Source: Verrucomicrobiia bacterium (GTDB lineage: Bacteria > Verrucomicrobiota > Verrucomicrobiia > Limisphaerales > UBA1319). Taken from it: DNA of 64,000 bases. The notes beneath the pieces were generated by a model. The model saw only the letters and a program-made list of their open reading frames with translations. It was not told where the DNA came from and made no database searches. Shown one piece after another: positions 49,375 to 58,500 of the stretch. The stretch lies in NCBI GenBank assembly GCA_963664225.1, contig OY760937.1, positions 4,896,001 to 4,960,000 of the forward strand, in the 5' to 3' direction. The first letter of the stretch is position 1. Each line of letters begins with the position of its first letter. Made by a program: the position numbers and the translations under genes.

Positions 49375-49586
49375 GACTGATTCCAGAAAAGGTTGACTGC
49401 TTTTAATCTCCGGCAATGGATTGGAGGCGAAACGATCGTTGCCAATCGGTCTGAATTGAGGAAAACGCCGCTCTCCCGGCATGGAGACCGCAATTCAGAG
49501 CCTGTCGGGGCCGGTTTTGCATGGTTTTCGCGCTTTGGCGTGGCCACGCTGTATGACGACAGGACAACGAAGAGCGGCGTCTGGAA

Positions 49587-49988
49587 TCAGCCCATCCTTG
49601 GCGGCGGAGTAAGCGGGGACTCGAGAAAGTCACTATGCCAGTTGGGTACAAACGGCACGACTTCCCTGTCAACCAAGGATGGAAGAAGTAATGTCGAAGA
49701 CGCTGGATCGAACATCAGCGTGTTCTCCTCGTGAGGCTGGAACAAGGGAATCGTTTTATTGGCGGTCTGCTCTTGTTGGCGGCCTTCCTGGATGGAAACG
49801 CAGATGGCGCAAGGGTGTTTCCCATCGAACGTTCGGCTCACAGCCCAGTTCAGGCTGCCGTGCTGCGCATTATTCACAATCATGGTCGCCCACGCAATGG
49901 ACTGGAATACCAGCCAGTGCCCCCCCATGGTTGCCAGCAAGGCAACCAGGGACGCAGTGCAGCCCATGATTCTGAATAGTCTTTTCAC
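49587..49988 (-). CDS. DUF2946-like protein
   Basis: GGHW...Q..AW..M, TFDGKHPCAIC, C-terminal PLTPPPR; GTG start. Confidence 0.7.
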   Translation of the reverse strand: MKRLFRIMGCTASLVALLATMGGHWLVFQSIAWATMIVNNAQHGSLNWAVSRTFDGKHPCAICVSIQEGRQQEQTANKTIPLFQPHEENTLMFDPASSTLLLPSLVDREVVPFVPNWHSDFLESPLTPPPRMG

Positions 49989-50024
49989 GAGGATTGCATT
50001 CGACTCATTGGATCATTCAAGCTC

Positions 50025-50374
50025 ATATTGCCAGCGCCTATTCGACGGGGTGGAAGACAAAACTCAGGAAGCTGGTAAAAGTCTAAACCGTACGAACCCA
50101 GCCAGGACGCCAGTCGGCGGTGTGGGCCATGTAATCCGGCGCGGCGGCATCCTCCAAACCGTGCAACAAACCCAGGGCTCGCAATACTCCTCCTTCTCCT
50201 GGGGGAGAAGGCCGGGATGAGGGCGGTCGTCCTTTCAAATCCGACTTTTGCCGGACCCTCAATCGGCGCCCGGCCATTCCCGAAACTCATGCTATATTTG
50301 TTTCGCATATACTTGCATGCCCTTTTTAAGGACTTTTTTGCCCGCCGAAGAATATTGCCAGCGCCTATTCGACG
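50025..50374. repeat. 23-bp perfect direct repeat (50025-50047 and 50352-50374) enclosing a dispersed repeat element
   Basis: ATATTGCCAGCGCCTATTCGACG twice; the second copy contains the stop codon of the 50365-50997 gene. Confidence 0.85.
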
Positions 50375-50997
50375 ATGAGATTGTCCACACGAGATGTGCC
50401 TATGACGAGGGACATCACACTGCCGCTTTTAACGGTGCCCGATGGATTGGGCAAAAGCGCCGAGTAGGTTTTCCCGGGAACGATCCTTCCTGCGGGTGGT
50501 GGAAACTCTCCCGCCAGTCGCAAGGCCAGCGCCCGGCTCCGGGCCCGCACGGTCCCGGACACCACCTGATCCTGTGGGGCAGAGGTCAACTGGTATTCCG
50601 TTCCCGTGGCAGTGTCGATGAGATAGGCCGTATTGGTTCCGCTCCCCACCAATCCCGCTTTTTCGGCGGACGCAATTTGATATTGCAGGTCGATGGCCGA
50701 ACCCTGCCTGGCGAGCGCAAGTTTCACGACCCGGACGCCCCAATCCTTTTCCACGGCAGTCGGTGCTGCAGGCGCTGCGGGCGCGGGCGCGACGGCTGTC
50801 GGTGATTTCACCACTGCCATGGGTCGCGCCGGTTCCGCAGTCGGAACGGGCAGTGGGATATTCTCTTTTGGAGCCGGCTTGTTCGGAGAGAGCAGGAACA
50901 TCCCCACCAGGATGACAGCGATTGCCAAAACCGTCAGAATGATCATCCGCGGTCTGACACCATCGTTGATGACTTCATCATTCATGACGTTGTTCAT
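50365..50997 (-). CDS. Membrane-anchored hypothetical protein
   Basis: N-terminal TM, Pro/Ala linker, WGV...IDLQY...YLID..TG...GKTY..L.PNP...VK.G. Confidence 0.75.
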   Translation of the reverse strand: MNNVMNDEVINDGVRPRMIILTVLAIAVILVGMFLLSPNKPAPKENIPLPVPTAEPARPMAVVKSPTAVAPAPAAPAAPTAVEKDWGVRVVKLALARQGSAIDLQYQIASAEKAGLVGSGTNTAYLIDTATGTEYQLTSAPQDQVVSGTVRARSRALALRLAGEFPPPAGRIVPGKTYSALLPNPSGTVKSGSVMSLVIGTSRVDNLIVE

Positions 50998-51123
50998 GGA
51001 ATTGTCTTTTGTTCAAAATGTCTTGTTTCCGCCTGACTTGCCCGCGGGTGATTTCCGCGCGTCGGTCAGTCGTGTTTCCGGTTTGTTTCATTATAGCGGT
51101 CGCCTGTGTCGCGGTTCGGTTAT

Positions 51124-54100
51124 TCAAGGATGTATCAGGCGACACACATGGGCGCCGGTGGTCGGCGTCAGTGTGACTTGGTTTCGACCCTGTACTGTCT
51201 CCACAAGGTTGGTGGCGGCGACCCAATCAGTGCCGTTGAGGGTCCGCGTTTCCTGCAGGGTGAACCCTGTTGCGGCCGCATTCCAGGAGACCAGCGCCGT
51301 GTTGGTGGCGGTCATCGTGATTTGCAGTTTCGGGCTGAAGGTGGCCACCAGGGTCCGATTGGCGCTTGCGGTAAAAGTATAACTGGCCGAGGTGCTCGTC
51401 ACCACGCCACCCTCCGTCCAATGGACGAATGCACACTCCGCCGCTGGTGTGGCTGTTAAAGTAACCGCCGCCCCATTGGTGTAGGTTCCGCTTCCGCTCG
51501 TGGTCCCGCCGCCGCTCGAGCTGACGCTCGCCGTGATGTCCCAAGATTGAACGGTCGGAACGAAGTTGGCCACCAGTGTGCGATTGGCGCTGGCGGTAAA
51601 GCTGTAGCTGGCCGAGGTGCTGACCGCCGCTCCGGATTCCGTCCAGTTGACGAATGTGTAGCCCGCGTTGGCCGTGGCGCTCAGGGTCACGCTCGCCCCG
51701 TTGGTGACGCTGCCCGCGCCCGTCACCGTTCCACCGACCGTGGGATTGGCGCTGGCGCCGATGGTCCAGTTTTGAACGACCGGAACGAAGTTGGCGACCA
51801 GGGTGCGATTGGCGCTGGCAGTAAAGCTGTAGCTGGCCGAGGTGCTGACCGCGGCTCCGGCTTCAGTCCAGTTGACGAATGTGTAGCCCGCGTTGGCCGT
51901 CGCGCTCAGGGTCACGCTCGCCCCGTTGGTGACACTGCCCGCGCCCGTCACCGTTCCACCGACCGTGGGATTGGCGCTGGCGCCGATGGTCCAGTTTTGA
52001 ACGACCGGAACGAAGTTGGCGACCAGGGTGCGATTGGCGCTGGCAGTAAAGCTGTAGCTGGCCGAGGTGCTGACCGCCGCTCCGGCTTCAGTCCAGTTGA
52101 CGAACGTGTAGCCCGTATTGGCCGTGGCGTTTAGAGTCACGCTCGCCCCGTTGGTGACGCTGCCCGCGCCCGTCACCGTTCCACCGGCCGTGGGATTGGC
52201 GCTGGCGCCGATGGTCCAGTTTTGAACGAAGTTGGCCACCAGGGTGCGATTGGCGCTGGCGGTAAAGGTGTAGCTGGCCGAGGTGCTGACCGCCGCTCCG
52301 GCTTCAGTCCAGTTAACGAACGTGTAGCCCGCGTTGGCCGTCGCGCTCAGGGTCACGCTCGCCCCGTTGGTGACGCTGCCTGCGCCCGTCACGGTGCCAC
52401 CGGCCGTGGGATTGGCGCTGGCGCCGATGGTCCAGTTTTGAACGAAGTTGGCGACCAGGGTGCGATTGGCGCTGGCGGTAAAGCTGTAGCTGGCCGAGGT
52501 GCTGACCGCGGCTCCGGCTTCAGTCCAGTTGACGAATGTGTAACCCGCGTTGGCCGTGGCGCTCAGGGTCACGCTCGCCCCGTTGGTGACGCTGCCCGCG
52601 CCCGTCACGGTGCCACCGGCCGTGGGATTGGCGCTGGCGCCGATGGTCCAGTTTTGAACGAAGTTGGCCACCAGGGTGCGATTGGCGCTGGCGGTAAAGC
52701 TGTAGCTGGCCGAGGTGCTGACTGTGGCTCCGGCTTCAGTCCAGTTGACGAATGTGTAGCCCGTATTGGCCGTCGCGCTCAGGGTCACGCTCGCCCCGTT
52801 GGTGACGCTGCCCGCGCCCGTCACGGTGCCACCGGCCGTGGGATTGGCGCTGGCGCCGATGGTCCAGTTTTGAACGAAGTTGGCCACCAGGGTGCGATTG
52901 GCGCTGGCGGTAAAGCTGTAGCTGGCCGAGGTGCTGACCGCCGCTCCGGCTTCAGTCCAGTTAACGAACGTGTAGCCCGCGTTGGCCGTCGCGCTCAGGG
53001 TCACGCTCGCCCCGTTGGTGACGCTGCCCGCGCCCGTCACGGTGCCACCGGCCGTGGGATTGGCGCTGGCGCCGATGGTCCAGTTTTGAACGAAGTTGGC
53101 CACCAGGGTGCGATTGGCGCTGGCGGTAAAGCTGTAGCTGGCCGAGGTGCTGACCGCGGCTCCGGCTTCAGTCCAGTTAACGAACGTGTAGCCCGCGTTG
53201 GCCGTCGCGCTCAGGGTCACGCTCGCCCCGTTGGTGACGCTGCCCGCGCCCGTCACCGTTCCACCGGCCGTGGGATTGGCGCTGGCGCCGATGGTCCAGT
53301 TTTGAACGAAGTTGGCCACCAGGGTGCGATTGGCGCTGGCGGTAAAGCTGTAGCTGGCCGAGGTGCTGACCGCCGCTCCGGCTTCAGTCCAGTTGACGAA
53401 CGTGTAGCCCGCGTTGGCCGTCGCGCTCAGGGTCACGCTCGCTCCGTTGGTGACACTGCCCGCGCCCGTCACGGTGCCACCGGCGGTGGGATTGGCGCTG
53501 GCGCCGATGGTCCAGTTTTGAACGACCGGAGCGAAATTGGCGACCAGGGTGCGATTCGCGCTGGCGGTAAAGGTGTAACTGGCCGAGGTGCTGACCGCCG
53601 CTCCGGCTTCCGTCCAGTTGACGAACGTGTAGCCCGCGTTGGCCGTCGCGCTCAGGGTCACGCTCGCTCCGTTGGTGACGCTGCCCGCGCCCGTCACGGT
53701 GCCACCGGCGGTGGGCGATGCGGATGCGGTGATCTTGTATGAGATTAATGGTGAACGATCGATCACAATATTATCGAACAGAATACCCGTCGGGGTATTT
53801 CCCGGGAGCACCAACGCAATCTTCACGGTGTTGAACGGCGCGCCACCGGCATTGAACGAAAGTGTTCCCATGGGGAAAGTATCGAGGCCATAAACCGCGG
53901 CCGCCTGCACCGGTGTCCCAACCTGCGTTGAATTGTTATAAGCGGTCAATTGGATGGTGTTGGGTATCTCAATGGGCGGATGATCGGTGGTCCCGAAAGC
54001 CAGCGAAATATTGGTGGCCAACTGGTCAAACTGTATGGTCAGGGTTTCCGCAGTGGCATGATTCGGATACAAAAAATTCCCAAAAAACTGCGACAGGGTG

Positions 54101-54501
54101 TATCCGGTGCTGCCATCGCTCTGGACTGAAAAGGCGCCGCTCTGCGGAGAGGTGAAGCTTGCCGTAACCCCATCCGCTGTCTGGTCAAACGGGTCGTTGC
54201 GTCCTGTGGCCAGCGCCGGGGTTCCTGTGTCGAAATCGAACACCACGCTTTGGGCCATGGCGGAGAACGTGAGGCAAAGTGCCATCAGGACCATCAGCAT
54301 GCCCCCGCATTTTAAGGCCGGCCGGCATGTGTTGCTGGCTTTAAACTTCCGCCCGTGCAGAAACCATCGCTGGACCGGATTGTTCGACCGTGGCGCATTC
54401 ACACAGATGGGCACGGTCCCCTCCGCGCATTCGCCATGGGTGAGGAACTGGATTGCGACTTTCTTGACCCCGTTTTTTTCTACTATTGCAGAATTTTTCA
54501 T
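51124..54501 (-). CDS. Surface protein with 11 tandem InlB B-repeat-like domains of about 71-74 aa and the shared C-terminal module
   Basis: Repeat GG.V.GAG....GASVTL.AT...GYTFVNWTE.G..VSTSASY.F....NRTLVANF; DNA repeats of 213/222 bp, near-identical; true start may be internal. Confidence 0.88.
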   Translation of the reverse strand: MKNSAIVEKNGVKKVAIQFLTHGECAEGTVPICVNAPRSNNPVQRWFLHGRKFKASNTCRPALKCGGMLMVLMALCLTFSAMAQSVVFDFDTGTPALATGRNDPFDQTADGVTASFTSPQSGAFSVQSDGSTGYTLSQFFGNFLYPNHATAETLTIQFDQLATNISLAFGTTDHPPIEIPNTIQLTAYNNSTQVGTPVQAAAVYGLDTFPMGTLSFNAGGAPFNTVKIALVLPGNTPTGILFDNIVIDRSPLISYKITASASPTAGGTVTGAGSVTNGASVTLSATANAGYTFVNWTEAGAAVSTSASYTFTASANRTLVANFAPVVQNWTIGASANPTAGGTVTGAGSVTNGASVTLSATANAGYTFVNWTEAGAAVSTSASYSFTASANRTLVANFVQNWTIGASANPTAGGTVTGAGSVTNGASVTLSATANAGYTFVNWTEAGAAVSTSASYSFTASANRTLVANFVQNWTIGASANPTAGGTVTGAGSVTNGASVTLSATANAGYTFVNWTEAGAAVSTSASYSFTASANRTLVANFVQNWTIGASANPTAGGTVTGAGSVTNGASVTLSATANTGYTFVNWTEAGATVSTSASYSFTASANRTLVANFVQNWTIGASANPTAGGTVTGAGSVTNGASVTLSATANAGYTFVNWTEAGAAVSTSASYSFTASANRTLVANFVQNWTIGASANPTAGGTVTGAGSVTNGASVTLSATANAGYTFVNWTEAGAAVSTSASYTFTASANRTLVANFVQNWTIGASANPTAGGTVTGAGSVTNGASVTLNATANTGYTFVNWTEAGAAVSTSASYSFTASANRTLVANFVPVVQNWTIGASANPTVGGTVTGAGSVTNGASVTLSATANAGYTFVNWTEAGAAVSTSASYSFTASANRTLVANFVPVVQNWTIGASANPTVGGTVTGAGSVTNGASVTLSATANAGYTFVNWTESGAAVSTSASYSFTASANRTLVANFVPTVQSWDITASVSSSGGGTTSGSGTYTNGAAVTLTATPAAECAFVHWTEGGVVTSTSASYTFTASANRTLVATFSPKLQITMTATNTALVSWNAAATGFTLQETRTLNGTDWVAATNLVETVQGRNQVTLTPTTGAHVCRLIHP

Positions 54502-54556
54502 ATGTCTTCAGTTTCGAATTTTAACAGGAGAGGATTAATGGCCTGTTCTGCAACCC

Positions 54557-54571
54557 GCATAATTTATGCCA
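54557..54571 (-). promoter_or_regulatory. Putative sigma-54 (-24/-12) promoter
   Basis: Minus strand TGGCATAAATTATGC (GG-N10-GC), 56 bp upstream of the ATG at 54501. Confidence 0.5.
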
Positions 54572-54650
54572 TTGTTTTATAGATTAAATCGCTCTCCATT
54601 CCCTGTCGCTAATTTCGGCCCGTTTTATGTTTAAAATTGCTTCCTGCGCA

Positions 54651-55376
54651 TCATTTGACCCCCAAAAGTTCTATCTCAAAAATAAGCATTGAATTTGGCG
54701 GAATCTGGTAGCGTGCTCTGGCGCCCATTACTCCTTTTTCCCCGTAGGCTAACTGCGATGGCACGAATAATTGGAACTTCGTGCCGACAGGCATCAGGGA
54801 CCACACTTCCTTCCACCCCGCCACCACATCGTTCATCTTGAAGATCGCCGGTTTCCCCGCGCGTTGGGAGCTGTTAAACTCAGTCCCATCGATGAAGGAA
54901 CCTTTGAAATTGCACTCGATCGCGTTGGCCGCCCCCGGTTTGGGGCCGTTGCCCTCCTTTAAAATCTTGTATTGCAGTCCGCTCGCAAGGCTCACAACTC
55001 CCGGTTTGCCTTTGTTCTCCGCCAGGAATGCGACTTCCTTGCTCCGGTTTTCATCCATGATCGCCCCCGTGCCTCCCCGGGCTTGAATTCGCTTCTTCTT
55101 TATATCCTCTTGATAGGTGCTCAGCGTGGTTCGGATTTGCTCGTCGCTCATCAGCAGTTTCTGGCCCGAAAGCGCGTCCTGCATTCCTCGAACCATCGAC
55201 TCGGAGTTGAGCTGGATGCCCTGGCGCTTGAAGTTTCGGATCAGGTCCACCCCCACCGCATAGCTCTGCTGATCCAGTTGAGTCTTTAACACCGCAGGCT
55301 CCACCGCGTTCGTCCGCGCCATGGAAACCAGTGTGACCGCGATTGCGACCCATGTGGTTTTATTATTTGTTCTCAT
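54651..55376 (-). CDS. FKBP-type peptidyl-prolyl isomerase (FkpA/Mip family)
   Basis: SYAVG, FLAEN, SGLQYK....G.G.KP, G..IDG.EF.SS, LAYG..G, IPPNS.L.FEIELL. Confidence 0.92.
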   Translation of the reverse strand: MRTNNKTTWVAIAVTLVSMARTNAVEPAVLKTQLDQQSYAVGVDLIRNFKRQGIQLNSESMVRGMQDALSGQKLLMSDEQIRTTLSTYQEDIKKKRIQARGGTGAIMDENRSKEVAFLAENKGKPGVVSLASGLQYKILKEGNGPKPGAANAIECNFKGSFIDGTEFNSSQRAGKPAIFKMNDVVAGWKEVWSLMPVGTKFQLFVPSQLAYGEKGVMGARARYQIPPNSMLIFEIELLGVK

Positions 55377-55478
55377 CGACTATTCAAATTAGTAAAAAGG
55401 AAACCCTCATTATCCATGCCTCCGGGGCGCTCCGCACATCCCCGGGAGGCGAAAGGGGATGCCGTTTGAAAGACGCCT

Positions 55479-55507
55479 GCCGGCGTCAGGATTTTCCTGA
55501 CGCCGGC
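55479..55507. terminator. Perfect 13-bp-stem hairpin downstream of the multicopper oxidase gene
   Basis: GCCGGCGTCAGGA-TTT-TCCTGACGCCGGC; no strong U-tract, so it may be an mRNA stabiliser or attenuator. Confidence 0.55.
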
Positions 55508-55522
55508 GGCGGTGCATGCGGC

Positions 55523-58500
55523 TTATAGAGCCGTTATCGTGCGAGTATTCGACCAGGCCGAATTACCGGCGGCGTTGGTCGCGCGAACACGGTAGTAGTA
55601 GGTGCCCGGACGCGGCACGTTCTGATTGAACGTCGTCACATTGGCCCCCACGGTGAACGTGGTCGTGTTGGTGAAGGTCGAAGTCGTGGACCTTTGGATT
55701 TGGAATCCCGTCTCGTTGTTCGAGTTGTCAGTCCAGGTCAGCGTGACCAGGTCCTGCAACGAGTTTCCAGTGATACGAACCGCGCTTCCGGCCAGGTTGG
55801 TCGGGGCCGCGGGTGTTGCTGCCGCTGTGATCGTCACGGTCACGGGACCGGCGAAGGCCGACACTCCCGCTCCGTTGATCGACTGCACCTGATAGGAGTA
55901 ACTATTGCCCGAGGCGACTCCCGTATCCGTGTAGGTGACTGTATTCGCCCCGACGGTGGTCAGGAGCGAGAAGGCGCCGCCGTTAATGGCCCGGAAGATT
56001 TGGAATCCGGTTTCATTATTGGCGTTGTCGGTCCAGTTAAGCCGGACCGATGGCCCTGTCTGCACCGTTGCGGACAAGCTGCTTGGCGCCGCGGGAGGCG
56101 TCGGGGCATTGCCGATGGCTGTGTTCGAGAACAGCGAGTTGGCCGACGCGCTGGGATATCCCGCCACGCCGCTGCCGACCTTGTTCACCGCAAACACCCG
56201 GTAGTAATAAACCTGGGTTGTATTGCCGATTTGATCCGAGTAGGACGTCACCTTGCCCAGTTGCGTCGTGACCAATCCCGTCGTGAATGTGGGCGCCGTT
56301 GAACGCTGCACGGTTATGGCCGTGGCATTAAGCATCGAGTTGTTGGCCCAGGTCAGGTTCACTCGTTTGCTCGAGAATGTGCCAGTCGTTGTCGCCACCA
56401 GATTCGTGGGCGCTTGCGGCACGGTGGCCACCATCATCGCGCGCATCATGTCGTTCTCTTCATGGCCGAGCAGATGGCAGTGCCACACATACTCCGCGCC
56501 AAAGTTGGCGACCACGTTGCTGACGACCAGCGGCAGTCCATTGGGGTCAACCCCGGTGAACTGATTCGTCGTGCCCAGCGGACTGGTCGGATCCAGCGGA
56601 CGAACGCTATTCGTCACCGCGAACGGGAACGTCGGAGTCTTGGCCTTCAAGGCGACAATAATGTCTTCCAACGGGTGCATCTTCACCGTCTCTTTCCAGC
56701 CCATCTCTTCCGGCCACGGCGGCTTGATCGCCCCGTCCCAGCCGACGCGATTGACCACCTGCACGTTGAACAAGTGGAAATGTATGGCGTGTGTGTCCAC
56801 ACCATTGTGAGTGATCTTCCAGAGTTGTGTCACCCCGTCAGGGAACACTTCGGTCGGCGGATCGGCAAATCCGTAGGGGATCGTCGTCTGGATGGTCGCC
56901 GTGGTGAAGGGCAGTTCAACTCCCAATATGGAGTTCATGCGGCCCAGTGGGTCGAACAGTTCCTGAATGGTCTTGGGTTGCAACGGGGTCGTTGCGCCAC
57001 CGAAGGTCATGGAGGTGTCCGAGATCCGGCCATAAACGCCTGCCGGAACCACGTTGGTCGGCTGTGTGGCGGCAAAAACTCCCGCCACGGCCGTATTAAT
57101 TGTGGACAACACCAATGGGGTGTTCGTTCCTGCCGCTACGTTGATCTGCATGATCGTCCGGGTATTGGGGCCGAAGCCAGCCACGGTCGAAGGCGCGCCG
57201 CCTTGGTCCTGGGTATCCGGGTTGCAGGTATAGAAGTCATTGCGGGGATCGCCGGCCGGCACGGGCGCGGGAGAATCGTTATACACAATGAGCGTCTTGC
57301 CACCGAACTTCGCGAAATCCACAATGACATCCGCGCGTTCGGCAGGCCCGAGGAACAGCGTGTGTTCATACGTGTTCAACACCGTCACGCTGCGCTTGTT
57401 CTGCTCATAACCGATCGGTGTGGTCTTCAGTTCGACCGCTTGGGGCGAAATGCCGCCCTCGGTGCCGATTGAGATGAACGACGGACCAATCTTATTGGGA
57501 TCGGGCACGCCACCCATTCTGCCGTCCAGAATGTTGGGGATCATGCCGGGGGTGTCGTTCGCACTCCACCAGGGAGGCCAGAGCGCGGGCGATCCCTTGA
57601 TCGCGGGCACCATGCCCACTTCCGTCAGGTTCGTGTAGAGCGTCGCTGTGGCTACCGCGCCAGAGCCTGTGGTATCGCCAAAGGCCGGCGTAAGGGTCAC
57701 GGTGGGCGGAAGCGTATAGCTGCTTCCCACACTCGTCACCACGATGTTGGTCACAACACCGTTGACATCGATCATGGAATCGGCGGTCGCACCTTTGCCC
57801 GTCGTATCGCCCGCTGCCGGAGTAATGGTGACCATCGGAGGCGTCGCATAGCCGCTGCCCCCGCTGGTGACTGTAATCGCGCTGATGATGGGGCTGGCGA
57901 CATAAAACTGCAGGTTCACATACCGGTCGTTGCACGCATTCAAGATGCGGAACCGGTAGGCCGTCGGATTCACGTTCAATTTCGGATACGCAATGCCGTT
58001 AACCAATGGCGTGTCCATGAAGGCTTCCGGCACAGAGGAGACCTGCGGAGGGACGCCTGAAGGGAAGATGGGCCAGAACCAGGCGCCGTAGTCCCAACGG
58101 CCAAAAGGATTGGCGCCGCTGATATCGTTCGGGTTTTGGTTGGGCATGTAAACGTGCGGGAACCAAAGATCTCCAGCCGTCTGACCCCAACTCGGGTTGT
58201 TGGTCCACAACGGATCCAAAACCGCTGTCGGCAGGGGAGCCGCCGCGCCGGCAGGGAATCCAGTGGGAAGCGCCCCGGCGTTCACGAAGGTCTTGTCCTG
58301 AATGACCAGGGGGACTTCCCCCGCCAGACCCAGAGTCGTGTTTAGCGCCGTCTCGGTCGGATCCGAGAGCAGGTAACCGGCGGCTTCGCCCGCATAGACA
58401 TCGAGACGGGTCATGCCCATGGCATGGTCATGATAGAACATGAGGCGGCCGCTTTGTCCGTTGGGAAAATAGAACGTCGCCGAACCAAGCGGAGGCACCG

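Noticed and set aside
51547..53742. Long plus-strand repetitive ORFs (195 and 506 aa)
   Set aside because: Antisense shadows of the repeat protein on the minus strand.
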